The position numbers were made by a program, and so were the translations under genes. From assembly GCA_009694125.1 (NCBI GenBank), contig SHVT01000003.1, positions 1 through 52,776 of the forward strand: 52,776 nt of DNA. Direction: 5' to 3'. The DNA comes from Rhodospirillaceae bacterium. GTDB lineage: Bacteria; Pseudomonadota; Alphaproteobacteria; CACIAM-22H2. Shown in pieces: positions 40,153 to 51,983 of the stretch. The stretch's first letter is position 1, and every line of letters begins with the position of its first letter. Below the pieces are notes generated by a model. That model did not search any database. It was not told the origin of the DNA and worked only from the letters and a program-made list of their open reading frames with translations.

Positions 40153-41611
40153 GCTGATCGAAGGCGCGGCGGCGGTTCCGCCGCTGGCGGTGCGCGACCC
40201 GGACATCGCCGGCATCGCCGCGGATTCGCGCGAGATCAGGCCCGGTTATTTGTTCGCCGCCCTCCCCGGACGCGGCGGCGACGGGCGGCGTTTCATCGAC
40301 GACGCGCTCCGCCGCGGCGCGGTGGCGGTGCTCGCCCCGCCCGGCTTGCGTATCGGCGATCGGCCGGTTTCGGTGCTCGCGGACGACAATCCGCGGCGCC
40401 GGCTCGCGTTGATGGCGGCCCGTTTTTTCATCCGCCAGCCCCGTTACATCGCGGCCGTGACCGGCACCAACGGCAAGACATCGGTGGCGTCCTTCACGCG
40501 GCAATTGTGGACGCTGATGGGCCACAAGGCGGCGAGCCTCGGCACGCTCGGCCTCCACGGACCCGGTTTCGACCGCCCGGGATCGCTGACCACGCCGGAC
40601 CCGCTGGCGCTTCATCGCGACCTCGCGGCATTGGCCGATGCCGGCATCGACCGCGTGGCGATGGAAGCCTCCAGCCACGGCCTCGATCAATACCGGCTCG
40701 ACGGCGCGGTGCTGGCGGCCGCGGCGTTCACCAACCTGACCCGCGACCATCTCGATTACCACTCATCGATGGGCGATTACTTCAAGGCCAAGCTGCGTCT
40801 GTTCAAGGCCGTGCTGCCGCCGGGCGCCGTCGCCGTCCTCAACGCCGACGGCCCTGAATTTGGCGAATTGCACGAGGCCTGCGCCGCACGTGGCCACCGC
40901 ATCGTCACCTATGGCGAACGCGGCCGCGACATCCGCCTGCGCGCGACCACGCCCCGGGCGGACGGACAGAGCCTCGACATCGAGATCATGGGTCGGCGTT
41001 GTTTCGTTGAATTCCCGCTGCCCGCTTCTTTCCAGGCGATGAACGCGCTGTGCGCCGTTGGCCTGGTGCTCGGCATCGACGGTTTCAGCGAAGCCGCGAT
41101 CGACGCCGCGATCCGCGTCCTGCCCTTGCTAGAGGGTGTGCCCGGCCGCTTGCAACACGCCGCGACCCTGCCGCGCGGCGGCACGGCCTATGTCGATTAC
41201 GCCCATACGCCGGACGCGCTGGAGACGGTGCTGACCGCGCTGCGCCCGCATGCGCGCGGCCGGCTCGCCGTGGTTTTCGGCTGCGGCGGCGATCGCGACG
41301 CGGGCAAACGTCCGTTGATGGGCGCCATCGCCTGCCGGCTAGCCGATTCGGTCATCATTACCGACGACAATCCGCGCAGCGAAGACCCGGCCGTCATCCG
41401 CCGCCAGATTCTCGCTTCCTGCCCCGGCGCCCGTGAAATCGGCGCCCGCGCCGCGGCGATCGGCACCGCCATCGGCGAACTCGGTCCCGGCGACATCCTG
41501 GTCGTCGCCGGCAAAGGCCATGAGCCCGGGCAAATCATCGGCGCCGAAATCCTGCCCTTCGACGATATCGAGGCCTGCCGCCAGGCCGCCGCCGCCCACG
41601 GTGCGGCATGA
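40139..41611 (+). CDS. murE: UDP-MurNAc-dipeptide:meso-DAP ligase
   Basis: VTGTNGKTS, LTTPD, MEASSHGL, FTNLTRDHLDYH, VDYAHTPD, DNPR, AGKGHE. Confidence 0.97.
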   Translation: MRLSELIEGAAAVPPLAVRDPDIAGIAADSREIRPGYLFAALPGRGGDGRRFIDDALRRGAVAVLAPPGLRIGDRPVSVLADDNPRRRLALMAARFFIRQPRYIAAVTGTNGKTSVASFTRQLWTLMGHKAASLGTLGLHGPGFDRPGSLTTPDPLALHRDLAALADAGIDRVAMEASSHGLDQYRLDGAVLAAAAFTNLTRDHLDYHSSMGDYFKAKLRLFKAVLPPGAVAVLNADGPEFGELHEACAARGHRIVTYGERGRDIRLRATTPRADGQSLDIEIMGRRCFVEFPLPASFQAMNALCAVGLVLGIDGFSEAAIDAAIRVLPLLEGVPGRLQHAATLPRGGTAYVDYAHTPDALETVLTALRPHARGRLAVVFGCGGDRDAGKRPLMGAIACRLADSVIITDDNPRSEDPAVIRRQILASCPGAREIGARAAAIGTAIGELGPGDILVVAGKGHEPGQIIGAEILPFDDIEACRQAAAAHGAA

Positions 41612-43029
41612 CCGCCCCCGTCCTTTGGACCTCCGCCGAGGCCGAGGCTGCGACCGGCGGCCGCTCGACGCTTCCGTTCCGGGCCAGCGGCGTCTCCATC
41701 GACAGTCGGACCTTGGTCCCCGGCGACCTGTTCGTCGCCATCGCGGGACCCAACCATGACGGCCACGATTTCATCGCGGCCGCCATCGCCGCCGGGGCGG
41801 CGGCGGCCGTGGTCGGCCGGACGCCACCCGCGATTGTCGGCATCGCTCCCCTCCTGGCGGTTGCCGATCCGCGGGTGGCTTTGGTCGATCTGGCGGTCGC
41901 TGCCCGGCGTCGAACCTCGGCGAAAATCATCGGCGTGACCGGCAGCGTCGGCAAGACCGGAGCCAAGGAAGCGATCCGGCTGGCCCTGGCCGCGCAGGGT
42001 GCGACCGCGGCCAGCGCCGGCAATTTGAACAATCAATGGGGCCTGCCCCTCAGCCTCGCCCGCACCCCGCGCGACTGTAAATACGCGGTCTATGAAATGG
42101 GCATGAGCCGCGCCGGCGAAATCGCCGCCCTGACCCGTTTGGCCCAGCCCCAGGTCGCGGTTATCACCACGATCGAGGCCGCCCATCTGGTCAACTTCGC
42201 CTCGGTCGAGGACATCGCCAGGGCCAAGGCCGAAATCTTCCTGGGCATGAAAGGCGGGGTTGCGGTCCTCAATCGCGACAATCATCATTTTCCGCTTCTG
42301 GCCGCCATCGCGCGCGGCGAGGGCGTGGCCAGGGTCGTCGGCTTCGGCGCCGATGCCGGGGCCGAGGTTCGGCTGATCGACTACGCGCCGCGCCATGACG
42401 GCGCCGCCATCGTGGCGAGTTTCGCCGGGCGTCCGCTGCGTTACCGGCTCGGCCTTCCCGGCCGGCATTGGGCCATGAACAGCCTGGCCGCCTTGGCTGC
42501 GATCGAGGCCGTGGGCGCCGATCTCGCCCTCGCTGCGGACATGCTCGGCGGGCTGACCGCGCTGCCCGGCCGCGGCGACCGGCGACGCCTCTCCGTGCCC
42601 GGCGGCGCCATCGAACTGATCGACGACAGCTACAACGCCAGTCCCGCCTCGATGCGGGCGGGCTTGGCTTTGCTGCGCGAGACCCTGCCCGGACGCACCG
42701 GCCGCCGCGTCGCCATCCTGGGCGACATGCTGGAGCTGGGCGAGGCCTCTCGGCACCTTCACGCCGAACTGGCCGGCGCCGTGGAAGCGGCCGGCATCGA
42801 CCTGGTCTTCACCTGTGGGCGCGACATGGCGGCGTTAGGCGAGGCCCTGCCGAAGCTCAAACACGGCGGTCATGCCCTGGATTCGGCTGGGCTGGCGCCG
42901 ATGATTCCGGCGGCGATCCGGGCCGGCGACGTGGTTCTGGTCAAGGGCTCACGCGGCAGCCGCATGGACCGGATCGTCGATGCGCTGTCGCGCCTGGCCG
43001 CGACCCCGCCGCGCGCCGCCAACGGCTGA
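41608..43029 (+). CDS. murF: UDP-MurNAc-tripeptide:D-Ala-D-Ala ligase
   Basis: [47 protein letters not shown]. Confidence 0.97.
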   Translation: MTAPVLWTSAEAEAATGGRSTLPFRASGVSIDSRTLVPGDLFVAIAGPNHDGHDFIAAAIAAGAAAAVVGRTPPAIVGIAPLLAVADPRVALVDLAVAARRRTSAKIIGVTGSVGKTGAKEAIRLALAAQGATAASAGNLNNQWGLPLSLARTPRDCKYAVYEMGMSRAGEIAALTRLAQPQVAVITTIEAAHLVNFASVEDIARAKAEIFLGMKGGVAVLNRDNHHFPLLAAIARGEGVARVVGFGADAGAEVRLIDYAPRHDGAAIVASFAGRPLRYRLGLPGRHWAMNSLAALAAIEAVGADLALAADMLGGLTALPGRGDRRRLSVPGGAIELIDDSYNASPASMRAGLALLRETLPGRTGRRVAILGDMLELGEASRHLHAELAGAVEAAGIDLVFTCGRDMAALGEALPKLKHGGHALDSAGLAPMIPAAIRAGDVVLVKGSRGSRMDRIVDALSRLAATPPRAANG

Positions 43030-43043
43030 GGCGGATAAGGATC

Positions 43044-44132
43044 ATGCTGTTCAACCTCCTCTATCCGCTGGCCGATGAGTTCAACGTGCTGAACCTGTTC
43101 CGCTATCTGTCTTTCCGTTCGGGCGGGGCGGTGATGACGGCGTTGCTCGTCAGCTTCCTGCTCGGTCCCGCGATCATTCAGAACCTGAAACGCCGCCAGC
43201 GCGAAGGCCAGCCCATTCGGACCGATGGGCCGGAAAGCCATCTCCTCACCAAAAAGGGCACACCGACCATGGGCGGCGTGCTGATCCTGCTCGCGGTGAC
43301 CATCAGCACGTTGTTGTGGGCGGACCTGACCAACGGGTTCGTTTGGGTGGTGCTGTTGGTGACCGTCGGCTTTGGCGCCATCGGCTTCGCCGACGACTAC
43401 GTGAAACTGACGCGGCGCTCCAGCCACGGTGTGTCGGGCCGGGTCAAATTGCTGGTGCAAGCCGCGATCTCCGCCATCGCCGCGTTCGCCATCGCCATGT
43501 TGACCCGCGAGCCGCTGACCACCGCGCTCGCCTTTCCGTTCTTTAAGTCGCTGCTCATCGACCTCGGCTGGTTTTTTATTCCGTGGGCGGCCTTCGTGAT
43601 GGTCGGGGCTTCCAACTCCGTGAACCTGACCGACGGGCTCGATGGTCTCGCCATCGTGCCGGTGATGATCACCGCCGGATGTTTCGCCGCGATCACCTAT
43701 TTCGTCGGCAACCGCGTGTTCGCCGACTACCTGCTTCTTCATTACGTCGTCGGCTCGGGCGAATTGGCGGTTTTCTGCGCCGCCCTGGTTGGCGCGAGCC
43801 TCGGCTTCCTGTGGTTCAACGCGCCGCCGGCGATGGTGTTCATGGGTGATACCGGATCGTTGTCCGTGGGCGGCGCGCTCGGCGCGATCAGCGTCATCGT
43901 CAAACACGAGATCGTCTTGGCGATCATTGGCGGGCTGTTCGTGCTCGAAACCGTTTCCGTCATCGTGCAGGTGGTTTCCTTCAAGCTGACGGGCCGGCGC
44001 GTTTTCCGCATGGCGCCCCTGCACCACCATTTCGAGAAGAAAGGCTGGGCGGAGCCGACGATCGTCATCCGATTCTGGATCGTGGCGACCATTCTGGCCC
44101 TGGTCGGCCTGTCCACATTGAAGCTGCGGTGA
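43044..44132 (+). CDS. mraY: Phospho-N-acetylmuramoyl-pentapeptide transferase
   Basis: [43 protein letters not shown]; ATG 43044. Confidence 0.97.
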   Translation: MLFNLLYPLADEFNVLNLFRYLSFRSGGAVMTALLVSFLLGPAIIQNLKRRQREGQPIRTDGPESHLLTKKGTPTMGGVLILLAVTISTLLWADLTNGFVWVVLLVTVGFGAIGFADDYVKLTRRSSHGVSGRVKLLVQAAISAIAAFAIAMLTREPLTTALAFPFFKSLLIDLGWFFIPWAAFVMVGASNSVNLTDGLDGLAIVPVMITAGCFAAITYFVGNRVFADYLLLHYVVGSGELAVFCAALVGASLGFLWFNAPPAMVFMGDTGSLSVGGALGAISVIVKHEIVLAIIGGLFVLETVSVIVQVVSFKLTGRRVFRMAPLHHHFEKKGWAEPTIVIRFWIVATILALVGLSTLKLR

Positions 44133-45538
44133 TGTGCGCCATCGAGATACAGGATTTTGGCGGACGGCCGGTTGCCGTGTTCGGCCTCGGCAAATCGGGG
44201 CTGGCCGCCGCGCGCGTCCTGCTCGCCAGCGGCGCCCACACCTGGGCCTGGGACGATGACGAAGGCCGGCGGCGCGTCGCCGGATCCGAAGGCATCGAAC
44301 TGGTCGATCTCTACCGCTGCGACTGGCGCGAGCCCGCGGCCCTGATTCTCAGCCCCGGCATCGCACACACCCATCCCAAGCCCCATATCGTGGCCGCCCG
44401 CGCCCGCGACGCCGGCGCGGAAATCATCGGCGACATCGAACTTCTGGTGCGGTCAAACACGCGCGCGCGTTACGTCGGCGTCACCGGCACCAACGGAAAA
44501 TCGACGACGACCGCCCTGATCGGCCACATCCTGCGCCGTGGCGGCATCAAGGTGGCGATTGGGGGCAATCTCGGCACGCCGGCCCTCGAACTCGACGCGC
44601 TTGGCGAGGATGGCACCTATGTGCTGGAGCTGTCCTCCTACCAACTCGAACTGACGCCGTCGCTGACGCTCGCCATCGCCGTGTTGCTCAACATCACGCC
44701 GGACCATCTCGACCGGCATGGCGGCATGAAGGGTTATGTCGCGGCCAAGCGCCGGATATTCGGCCAGCTCAACGGCCCGCGCGCCGCCATCATCGGCATC
44801 GACGACGAACACGGGCGGGCCATCGCCGCCGAGCTCGCCGCCGCCGGCGAAGCCAAGGTCATACGGATTTCCGGGCGGGAACGCGCTGCCGGCGGCGTTT
44901 ATGCCATCGACGGCCGGCTTTACGACGATCTTTCCGGCGCCGCCGCCGAGGTCCTGGACATCGGTGCGGTTCCCACGCTTCCGGGCGCGCATAACGGGCA
45001 GAACGCCGCCGCCGCTTATGCCGCGGCGAAACTGGCCGGGCTGAACCGGGCGGCGATCACCGGCGGTATCGCGAGTTATCCCGGGCTGCCCCACCGCCAG
45101 GAGCTGGTGGCGACGATCGAGGGCATCCGCTTCGTCAATGACAGCAAGGCGACCAATGCCGACGCGGCGGCCAAGGCGCTGGCCTCGTACGAAACGATTT
45201 ATTGGATCGCCGGGGGACGCCCGAAAGAGGGCGGCATCACCGCGCTGTCGCCCTGGTTCGGGCGTGTCGCCCGCGCGTTTTTGATCGGCGAGGCAGCCCC
45301 GGATTTCGCGCGCACGCTCGCCGGGCATGTGGACACGACCGTGGCCGGCACCTTGGACGCCGCACTCCCGGCCGCGTTTGCCCTGGCCCGCCGCGAGAAG
45401 CGCCCCAGGCCGGTCGTGCTGCTATCGCCGGCCTGCGCGTCGTTCGACCAATTCGCCAATTTCGAGGCGCGCGGCGCCGCCTTCCGCGATCTCGTGCGGG
45501 GTTTGGTCGCGCCCGCCGCCGCCGGAGGCGAGCGATGA
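44129..45538 (+). CDS. murD: UDP-MurNAc-L-Ala:D-Glu ligase
   Basis: [52 protein letters not shown]. Confidence 0.97.
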   Translation: MMCAIEIQDFGGRPVAVFGLGKSGLAAARVLLASGAHTWAWDDDEGRRRVAGSEGIELVDLYRCDWREPAALILSPGIAHTHPKPHIVAARARDAGAEIIGDIELLVRSNTRARYVGVTGTNGKSTTTALIGHILRRGGIKVAIGGNLGTPALELDALGEDGTYVLELSSYQLELTPSLTLAIAVLLNITPDHLDRHGGMKGYVAAKRRIFGQLNGPRAAIIGIDDEHGRAIAAELAAAGEAKVIRISGRERAAGGVYAIDGRLYDDLSGAAAEVLDIGAVPTLPGAHNGQNAAAAYAAAKLAGLNRAAITGGIASYPGLPHRQELVATIEGIRFVNDSKATNADAAAKALASYETIYWIAGGRPKEGGITALSPWFGRVARAFLIGEAAPDFARTLAGHVDTTVAGTLDAALPAAFALARREKRPRPVVLLSPACASFDQFANFEARGAAFRDLVRGLVAPAAAGGER

Positions 45539-46662
45539 CCGCCTTCCCGCGCAGCGATACCAGCATCGTCGGCCGCTGGTGGTGGACCGTCGATCGCTGG
45601 AGCCTGGTGGCACTGGCGGTTCTGGTGGCTTTCGGCGTGCTCCTGAGCCTGGCGGCGACGCCGCCGGTGGCCGAGCGCATCGGTCTGGAGCCCTTCCATT
45701 TCGTCCGCCGCCAATTGGTGTTGGTGCCGCCCGCGCTGCTGATCCTGGTCGCGGTGTCCATGCTCGATCCGCGCGGGATCAAGCGGCTGTCGATCGTGGT
45801 TTTCGGCGTGGCGCTGCTGCTGGTTATCCTGACCCTGGCGACCGGAGCGGAGATCAAGGGCGCGCGGCGCTGGCTGGCGCTGGGCGGATTGTCGATCCAG
45901 CCCTCGGAATTCCTCAAACCCGCTTTCGCCGTGCTGGCGGCATGGCTGTTCGCGCACCAACACCGGAAGGACGGGTTTCCCGGCAACATCGCCGCCTTTG
46001 GCCTGTGCGCGGTCGTGCTGGCGCCGCTGTTGCTCCAGCCCGATGTCGGCATGGCCGCGGTTGTCGCGGCGGTATGGTTCGCCCAATTTTTCCTGGCCGG
46101 GCTGGGCCTGCGCTGGGTCGGCTTTTTCGGGATGAGCGGTCTCGGGGGGCTGGTCGCGGCCTATACCCTGCTGCCCCATGTCGCCAGCCGCATCGACCGC
46201 TTCATCGATCCGAAATCGGGCGACAGCTATCAGATCGATACCGCGCTCGACGCCTTTCTCAACGGCGGGATGTGGGGCCGCGGCCCGGGTGAAGGAACCG
46301 TGAAGGCGATCCTGCCCGATGCCCATAGCGATTTCGTCTTCGCCGTCGCCGGGGAGGAATTGGGCCTGGTCGCCTGCCTTATCCTGGTCGGGCTCTTCGC
46401 CTTCATCGTGCTGCGCGGCTTTTCGCGGCTCCTCGACGAACGAGATTTGTTCGTCCTGCTCGCTACCGCCGGCCTGCTCGTGCAGTTCGGCCTGCAAGCC
46501 CTGATCAACATGGGTTCGGCGATCCATCTGATCCCGACCAAGGGCATGACCCTGCCGTTTATTTCCTATGGCGGCTCCTCGCTGATCGCCTTGTCGCTCG
46601 CCATGGGCATGCTGATGGCGCTGACCCGCCGGCGCGTCGGCCATGGGGAGGCGGATTCGTGA
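45535..46662 (+). CDS. ftsW: Septal peptidoglycan glycosyltransferase
   Basis: [24 protein letters not shown]...[19 protein letters not shown]. Confidence 0.96.
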   Translation: MTAFPRSDTSIVGRWWWTVDRWSLVALAVLVAFGVLLSLAATPPVAERIGLEPFHFVRRQLVLVPPALLILVAVSMLDPRGIKRLSIVVFGVALLLVILTLATGAEIKGARRWLALGGLSIQPSEFLKPAFAVLAAWLFAHQHRKDGFPGNIAAFGLCAVVLAPLLLQPDVGMAAVVAAVWFAQFFLAGLGLRWVGFFGMSGLGGLVAAYTLLPHVASRIDRFIDPKSGDSYQIDTALDAFLNGGMWGRGPGEGTVKAILPDAHSDFVFAVAGEELGLVACLILVGLFAFIVLRGFSRLLDERDLFVLLATAGLLVQFGLQALINMGSAIHLIPTKGMTLPFISYGGSSLIALSLAMGMLMALTRRRVGHGEADS

Positions 46663-47798
46663 CGGGCCCCCTGATCGTGCTGGCGGCGGGCGGCACCGGC
46701 GGCCACGTTTTCCCAGCCGAAGCCTTGGCCGGCGTGTTGGCCGCGCGCGGCTTTCACCTGGCGCTGTTCACGGATCGGCGGGGCGGCGCCTTCGGCAGCG
46801 CGGCAGCGGGATTGGACGCCTATCGTTTGCACGCGGCCGCCTTCGCCGGCGGCGTCCTCCGGCGGTCGCTTGCCCTGGTCGAACTCGGGCGCGGTTTTCT
46901 CCAGGCCCGCCGGCTGATCGGACGGCTGGGTCCGGCCGCGGTCGTGGGCTTCGGCGGCTACCCCTCGATCGCGCCCATGGTCGCGGCGATTCGGGCCGGC
47001 GTGCCCACCCTCATCCACGAACAGAACGCGGTACTCGGCCGCGCCAACCGGCTTCTGGCCGGGCGGGCGACCCGGATCGCCACCTGTTTTTCCGCCGTGC
47101 GCGGCCTGGCCGGCGCGGCCGGCGGTCGCGCGGTCCTGACCGGCAATCCGGTGCGCCCGGCGATCATGGCGTTGCGGGATCGGCCCTTGGCCGCTCCGGC
47201 CGCGACCGCGCCATTTCGCCTGCTGGTCACCGGCGGCAGCCAGGGAGCGTCGGTCTTTTCGCGCGTGCTGCCGGCGGCGCTGGCGCGGCTCGATGCCGAC
47301 CAACGGGCACGCCTCGCCGTGACGCAGCAGTGCCGCGCCGAGGACCTCGATTCCGTGCGCGCGGCCTATCGCCAAAGCGGCGTCGCCGCCGAGCTGTCGT
47401 CATTCTTCGCCGATCTGCCGGATCGATTGAGCGCCGCCCATCTGGTGATTGGACGCGCCGGCGCCTCGACCGTCGCCGAAATCACCGTGGCCGGGCGGGC
47501 CGCGATCCTGATCCCCTACCCCGCCGCCGCCGACGATCACCAAAGCGCCAACGCCGCCGCGCTGGCGAACGCAGGCGCGGCCTGGGTGATGGCGCAGGCC
47601 GACTTCACCCCGGCGGCGCTGGCGGCGCGGCTGGCGGCGTTGATGAACGATCCCGCCGAAATCGTGGCGTGGGCCGAGCGTGCCGGCGCGTTGGGCCGGC
47701 CGCGGGCGGCCGAACACCTGGCGGACCTGGTCGGTTTGCTCGCGGCGGAACGGCCGCTGCGCTCGCACAAACACATGGCGATGGGGTTGGCGGCATGA
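46659..47798 (+). CDS. murG: Lipid II GlcNAc transferase
   Basis: [45 protein letters not shown]. Confidence 0.97.
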   Translation: MTGPLIVLAAGGTGGHVFPAEALAGVLAARGFHLALFTDRRGGAFGSAAAGLDAYRLHAAAFAGGVLRRSLALVELGRGFLQARRLIGRLGPAAVVGFGGYPSIAPMVAAIRAGVPTLIHEQNAVLGRANRLLAGRATRIATCFSAVRGLAGAAGGRAVLTGNPVRPAIMALRDRPLAAPAATAPFRLLVTGGSQGASVFSRVLPAALARLDADQRARLAVTQQCRAEDLDSVRAAYRQSGVAAELSSFFADLPDRLSAAHLVIGRAGASTVAEITVAGRAAILIPYPAAADDHQSANAAALANAGAAWVMAQADFTPAALAARLAALMNDPAEIVAWAERAGALGRPRAAEHLADLVGLLAAERPLRSHKHMAMGLAA

Positions 47799-49243
47799 GA
47801 GAGCTACCGCTTTCCATCGGCACCATCCATTTCGTCGGCATCGGCGGCATCGGCATGAGCGGCATCGCCGAAATCCTGCACAATCTTGGCTACAAGGTGC
47901 AGGGCAGCGACCTGGTCGAAAGCGCCAACGTCAAACGCCTGGCTGCCCTCGGCATCCCGGTCGGCAAGGGCCATCGCGCGGAAAACCTGGGCACCGCCCA
48001 AGTCGTCGTTGTCTCCTCCGCCGTCGCCGCCGACAATCCGGAAGTCGCCGCCGCGCGCGCGCGTTTGATCCCGGTCGTGCGCCGTGCCGAGATGTTGGGC
48101 GAGCTGATGCGGCTGAAATGGTCGGTGGCCATCGCCGGCACCCACGGCAAGACCACGACGACATCGCTGGTCGCGGCACTTTTCGACGCCGCCGCCCTCG
48201 ATCCGACCGTGATCAATGGCGGCATCATCAACGCCTATGGCACCAATGCGCGGCTCGGCGCCGGCGATTGGATGGTCGTCGAGGCCGACGAATCCGACGG
48301 CACCTTCGTCAATTTGCCGGCGACCATCGCCATCGTCACCAACATCGACCCCGAACATCTCGATTTCTACGGCGATTTCGACGCCGAGCGGCGAGCCTTC
48401 GCGACCTTTGTCGGCCGCATCCCCTTTTATGGTTTCGCCGCGATGTGCCTGGATCATCCCGAAGTGCAGGCGCTGATCCCCCAGGTCGCCGATCGCCGCG
48501 TGGTGACCTATGGCTTTAATCCGCAGGCCGATGTACGCGGCACCGAACTGCACCTCGACGCCAACGGAGCGCGTTTCGACGCGGTCATCGCCGATCGCCT
48601 CGGCGGCGGCAGCCGGACGATCGCCGGACTGACGCTGCCGCTGGTGGGCGCGCATAACGTGCAGAATTCGCTGGCCGTCATCGCCGTCGCCACCGAGATG
48701 GGCATGGACGATGCCGTGATCCGCAAGGCGCTGGCCGGCTTCCGCGGCGTCAAGCGGCGCTTCACCAAGACCGGCGAGACGCGCGGCATCACGGTCATCG
48801 ATGATTACGGCCACCATCCGGTGGAGATCGCCGCCGTGCTCAAGGCCGCGCGCAGCACCGGACCCAACAACGTGATCGCGGTCGTCCAGCCCCACCGCTT
48901 CACCCGGCTGTCGGCGCTGTTCGAGGAATTCTGTACCTGTTTCAACGACGCCGATGTCGTCATCGTCGCCGATGTCTACGCGGCCGGCGAAAAGCCGATC
49001 GAAGGCGCCAACCGCGACGCCCTGGTCGACGGGCTGCGCGCCCGCGGTCATCGCCGCGTCATCCCCCTGCCCGCGCCAGAGGCCTTGGCCGAAGTGGTGG
49101 CGGGGGTCGCCGGCCAGGGCGACCTCGTCGTCTGCCTCGGCGCGGGCACCATCACCCAATGGGCGCATGCCCTTCCCGGAGAATTGGCGGCTTTGTCCGG
49201 CCCGGCGGGCCAAGAGCGGCACCGCGCCGGAGGGGCGCGATGA
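47795..49243 (+). CDS. murC: UDP-MurNAc:L-Ala ligase
   Basis: [43 protein letters not shown]. Confidence 0.97.
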   Translation: MRELPLSIGTIHFVGIGGIGMSGIAEILHNLGYKVQGSDLVESANVKRLAALGIPVGKGHRAENLGTAQVVVVSSAVAADNPEVAAARARLIPVVRRAEMLGELMRLKWSVAIAGTHGKTTTTSLVAALFDAAALDPTVINGGIINAYGTNARLGAGDWMVVEADESDGTFVNLPATIAIVTNIDPEHLDFYGDFDAERRAFATFVGRIPFYGFAAMCLDHPEVQALIPQVADRRVVTYGFNPQADVRGTELHLDANGARFDAVIADRLGGGSRTIAGLTLPLVGAHNVQNSLAVIAVATEMGMDDAVIRKALAGFRGVKRRFTKTGETRGITVIDDYGHHPVEIAAVLKAARSTGPNNVIAVVQPHRFTRLSALFEEFCTCFNDADVVIVADVYAAGEKPIEGANRDALVDGLRARGHRRVIPLPAPEALAEVVAGVAGQGDLVVCLGAGTITQWAHALPGELAALSGPAGQERHRAGGAR

Positions 49244-50187
49244 TCGTGGCCCCGATGGCGCAGGACCACCTCATCGACCGGCTGCCGCCCGTGCGCGGAC
49301 GGTACACGGCCGACGCGCCGCTTTCCGGGATCACCTGGTTCCGGGTCGGCGGTCCGGCCGAAGTGATGTTCCGCCCGGCCGATAGCGACGACCTCGCCGA
49401 CTTTCTCGCCGCGCGGCCCCGGGATGTTCCTGTCACCGTTTTGGGCGTCGCCTCGAATCTTCTGGTGCGCGACGGCGGTATTCCGGGTGTGGTCATCCGG
49501 CTGGGCCGCGCCTTCGCCGAGGTGGCCGCCGCGGGTTTGACCATCCGCGCCGGCGCCGGTGCGCTCGACGCCAATGTCGCCTTGGCCGCCCGCGACGCCG
49601 GGATCGGGGAGCTCGAATTCCTGTCGGGTGTGCCGGGGACGATCGGCGGGGCCTTGCGGATGAATGCCGGCGCTTTTGGCGGCGACATGAAAGCCGCGAC
49701 GGTATCGGCCACGATCTTGGACGCGAGCGGCGGGCGGCGTGTCCTGACCGGCGCCGAGATCGGCTTCGTCTATCGCGGGAGCGCCGTGCCCGATGACGCG
49801 ATTTTCGTCGCGGCGGAACTTACCGGCGCCGCCGCGTCGCCGCTCGACATCGCGCGCCGCATGGAGGCGATCGCCACCGCGCGCGCCGAAAGCCAGCCGA
49901 TCCGCAGCCGCACCGGCGGCAGCACCTTCACCAATCCGGCGAGTCTCGGCGGCCTGAAGGCATGGCAGCTGATCGAGGCGGCGGGATGCCGCGGCCTGCG
50001 CCTGGGCGGCGCCATGGTGTCGGAAAAACATTGCAATTTTCTGATCAACACCGGGGGCGCCACGGCGGCGGATATCGAGACGCTCGGCGAGGAAGTTCGG
50101 CGGCGTGTCATCGACAACAGCGGCATCGCGTTGGAATGGGAAATCCGCCGCGTCGGCGTGCCGGCGGAAGGAAGGCGGACATCATGA
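49240..50187 (+). CDS. murB: UDP-N-acetylenolpyruvoylglucosamine reductase
   Basis: [24 protein letters not shown]...[26 protein letters not shown]. Confidence 0.97.
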   Translation: MIVAPMAQDHLIDRLPPVRGRYTADAPLSGITWFRVGGPAEVMFRPADSDDLADFLAARPRDVPVTVLGVASNLLVRDGGIPGVVIRLGRAFAEVAAAGLTIRAGAGALDANVALAARDAGIGELEFLSGVPGTIGGALRMNAGAFGGDMKAATVSATILDASGGRRVLTGAEIGFVYRGSAVPDDAIFVAAELTGAAASPLDIARRMEAIATARAESQPIRSRTGGSTFTNPASLGGLKAWQLIEAAGCRGLRLGGAMVSEKHCNFLINTGGATAADIETLGEEVRRRVIDNSGIALEWEIRRVGVPAEGRRTS

Positions 50188-51113
50188 ACCGCCGCATCGC
50201 CGTGCTCATGGGCGGCATATCGGCCGAACGCGAGGTCTCGCTGGTCAGCGGGCGCGCCGTGGCCGCCGGTTTGCGCCAAGCCGGCTACGAGGCCGTCGAA
50301 ATCGACGTCGGCGCCGACGTATACGCGCTACTCGCGGCTTTGACGCCCCGGCCCGATGTCGTCTTCAACGCGTTGCACGGACGTTTCGGCGAGGATGGTT
50401 GCATCCAGGGCCTGCTCGATTTGCTGGGCATCCCGTATACCCATTCCGGGGTTCTGGCCTCGGCCATGGCCATGGACAAGCCGACCGCGCGCAAGGTTTT
50501 CGCCGCCGCGGGCTTGCGCTGCCCGGAAGGACAAGTCATCCCGCGCGAGGCGATTCCCTCCGCGATTCCCATGGCCCCGCCTTTCGTCTTGAAGCCGATC
50601 AATGAAGGATCGAGCGTCGGCGTCCACATCGTTTTCGACGACGAAGGGCTCGCCGCCTTCGCGTCTTCGGCCTGGCCCTATGGTGAGGAAGTCCTGGTCG
50701 AACGGTATATCCCGGGTCGCGAAATCACGGTCGCGGTGCTCGGCGACCGCGCGGTCGGCGTGTTGGAAATTCGTCCGAACAACGGCTTTTACGACTACGC
50801 CGCCAAATACACCGATGGAAAGGCGATCCATCTGGTGCCGGCGCCGATGCCGCTGGCCGATTACGGCGCCGCGCTGCACATCGCCTTGCAGGCCCACCGC
50901 ACCTTAGGCTGCCGCGGGGTAAGCCGCGCCGATCTGCGGTATGACGACACCGGCGCCGGGCGCGCCGGCATCTACCTGCTCGAGGTCAACACCCAGCCGG
51001 GCATGACGCCGTTGTCGCTGGTTCCCGAAATCGCCGCCCATGCCGGAATCTCCTTTCCCCGATTGGTGTCCATGCTGGTGGAGGACGCACGATGCGCGCC
51101 CCGTCACGGCTGA
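50184..51113 (+). CDS. ddl: D-alanine--D-alanine ligase
   Basis: GG.SAEREVSL.SG, NALHG..GEDG, KP..EGSS, YDY.AKY, LEVNTQPGMT. Confidence 0.97.
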   Translation: MNRRIAVLMGGISAEREVSLVSGRAVAAGLRQAGYEAVEIDVGADVYALLAALTPRPDVVFNALHGRFGEDGCIQGLLDLLGIPYTHSGVLASAMAMDKPTARKVFAAAGLRCPEGQVIPREAIPSAIPMAPPFVLKPINEGSSVGVHIVFDDEGLAAFASSAWPYGEEVLVERYIPGREITVAVLGDRAVGVLEIRPNNGFYDYAAKYTDGKAIHLVPAPMPLADYGAALHIALQAHRTLGCRGVSRADLRYDDTGAGRAGIYLLEVNTQPGMTPLSLVPEIAAHAGISFPRLVSMLVEDARCAPRHG

Positions 51114-51955
51114 CCGCGCCGCGCGGCTTCGCGCCACGACGCCAGGCCAGGCGCCGGCTGAAGCTGCTGTGGCCGTCGCGACAGACGCTGCGCTGGATCG
51201 GGCTCGGACTCGGCACGATCCTGGCCGGGGCCGGGATCGTTTGGCTCATCCGTTCGCCGCTGCCGGCGACGGCCTGGACCGGGGCGACGGACGCCGCCCT
51301 TGGCTTGTCGTCCCGCGCCGGTTTTGCCTTGCGCGAGGTCTATGTCGAGGGCCGCGGGGAGACCACGCGCGATCGGGTTCTCGCGGCGCTCGGCGTCAGC
51401 CTTGGCCAGCCCCTGGCCGCCATCGACATCGAGGCGGCGCGCGCGCGCCTTGCGGCGCTGCCCTGGATCAAGGACGCAGCCATCGAGCGGCGCCTGCCCA
51501 GCACGTTGTATGTGCGGCTGACCGAACGCCAGCCCATGGCGTTGTGGCAAAGGCGCGGTGAAATCGTGGTCATCGACGGCGAGGGCGTGGAAATCGCGGA
51601 GGCACCGCTCGGGCGTTTCGCCGCTCTCCCACTCGTCGTGGGCGAGGGCGCACCGGGCGCGGCGGCGGCGCTGCTGGCGATTTTGGCGCGCGAACCCGAA
51701 CTGCGCCGGCGCGTGACCGCGGCGGTGTTCGTCGGCCAACGGCGCTGGACGCTGCGCCTCGACGATTCGATCGACGTCCATCTGCCGGAAGACGATACCG
51801 CGGCGGCGTGGATGCGGCTGGCCGACATCGACCGGCGCGACAAGGTGCTCGAACGCGAAATCTCGGCCGTCGATCTGCGCCTGCCGGATCGCCTCGTCCT
51901 TCGCACCGTCCGCAGCTTGCCGCGCAAGCCGCCGGCGGCGGGACGCCAGACATGA
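51092..51955 (+). CDS. ftsQ: Cell division protein FtsQ
   Basis: TM, POTRA-like (LPWIKDA.IERRLP.TL...ER.P.A.WQ), RRW.L, DLRLPDR. Confidence 0.93.
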   Translation: MRAPSRLTAPRGFAPRRQARRRLKLLWPSRQTLRWIGLGLGTILAGAGIVWLIRSPLPATAWTGATDAALGLSSRAGFALREVYVEGRGETTRDRVLAALGVSLGQPLAAIDIEAARARLAALPWIKDAAIERRLPSTLYVRLTERQPMALWQRRGEIVVIDGEGVEIAEAPLGRFAALPLVVGEGAPGAAAALLAILAREPELRRRVTAAVFVGQRRWTLRLDDSIDVHLPEDDTAAAWMRLADIDRRDKVLEREISAVDLRLPDRLVLRTVRSLPRKPPAAGRQT

Positions 51956-51983
51956 GCCGACCTTCGGGAGATAGGGAAAACAG

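Noticed and set aside
46643-47794. Long N-terminal extensions on murC (likewise ftsI, mraY, ftsW, ddl, nadB, atm1, outer membrane factor)
   Set aside because: Off-frame overlaps with the neighbouring gene; real starts sit at stop/start overlaps or RBS-bearing codons
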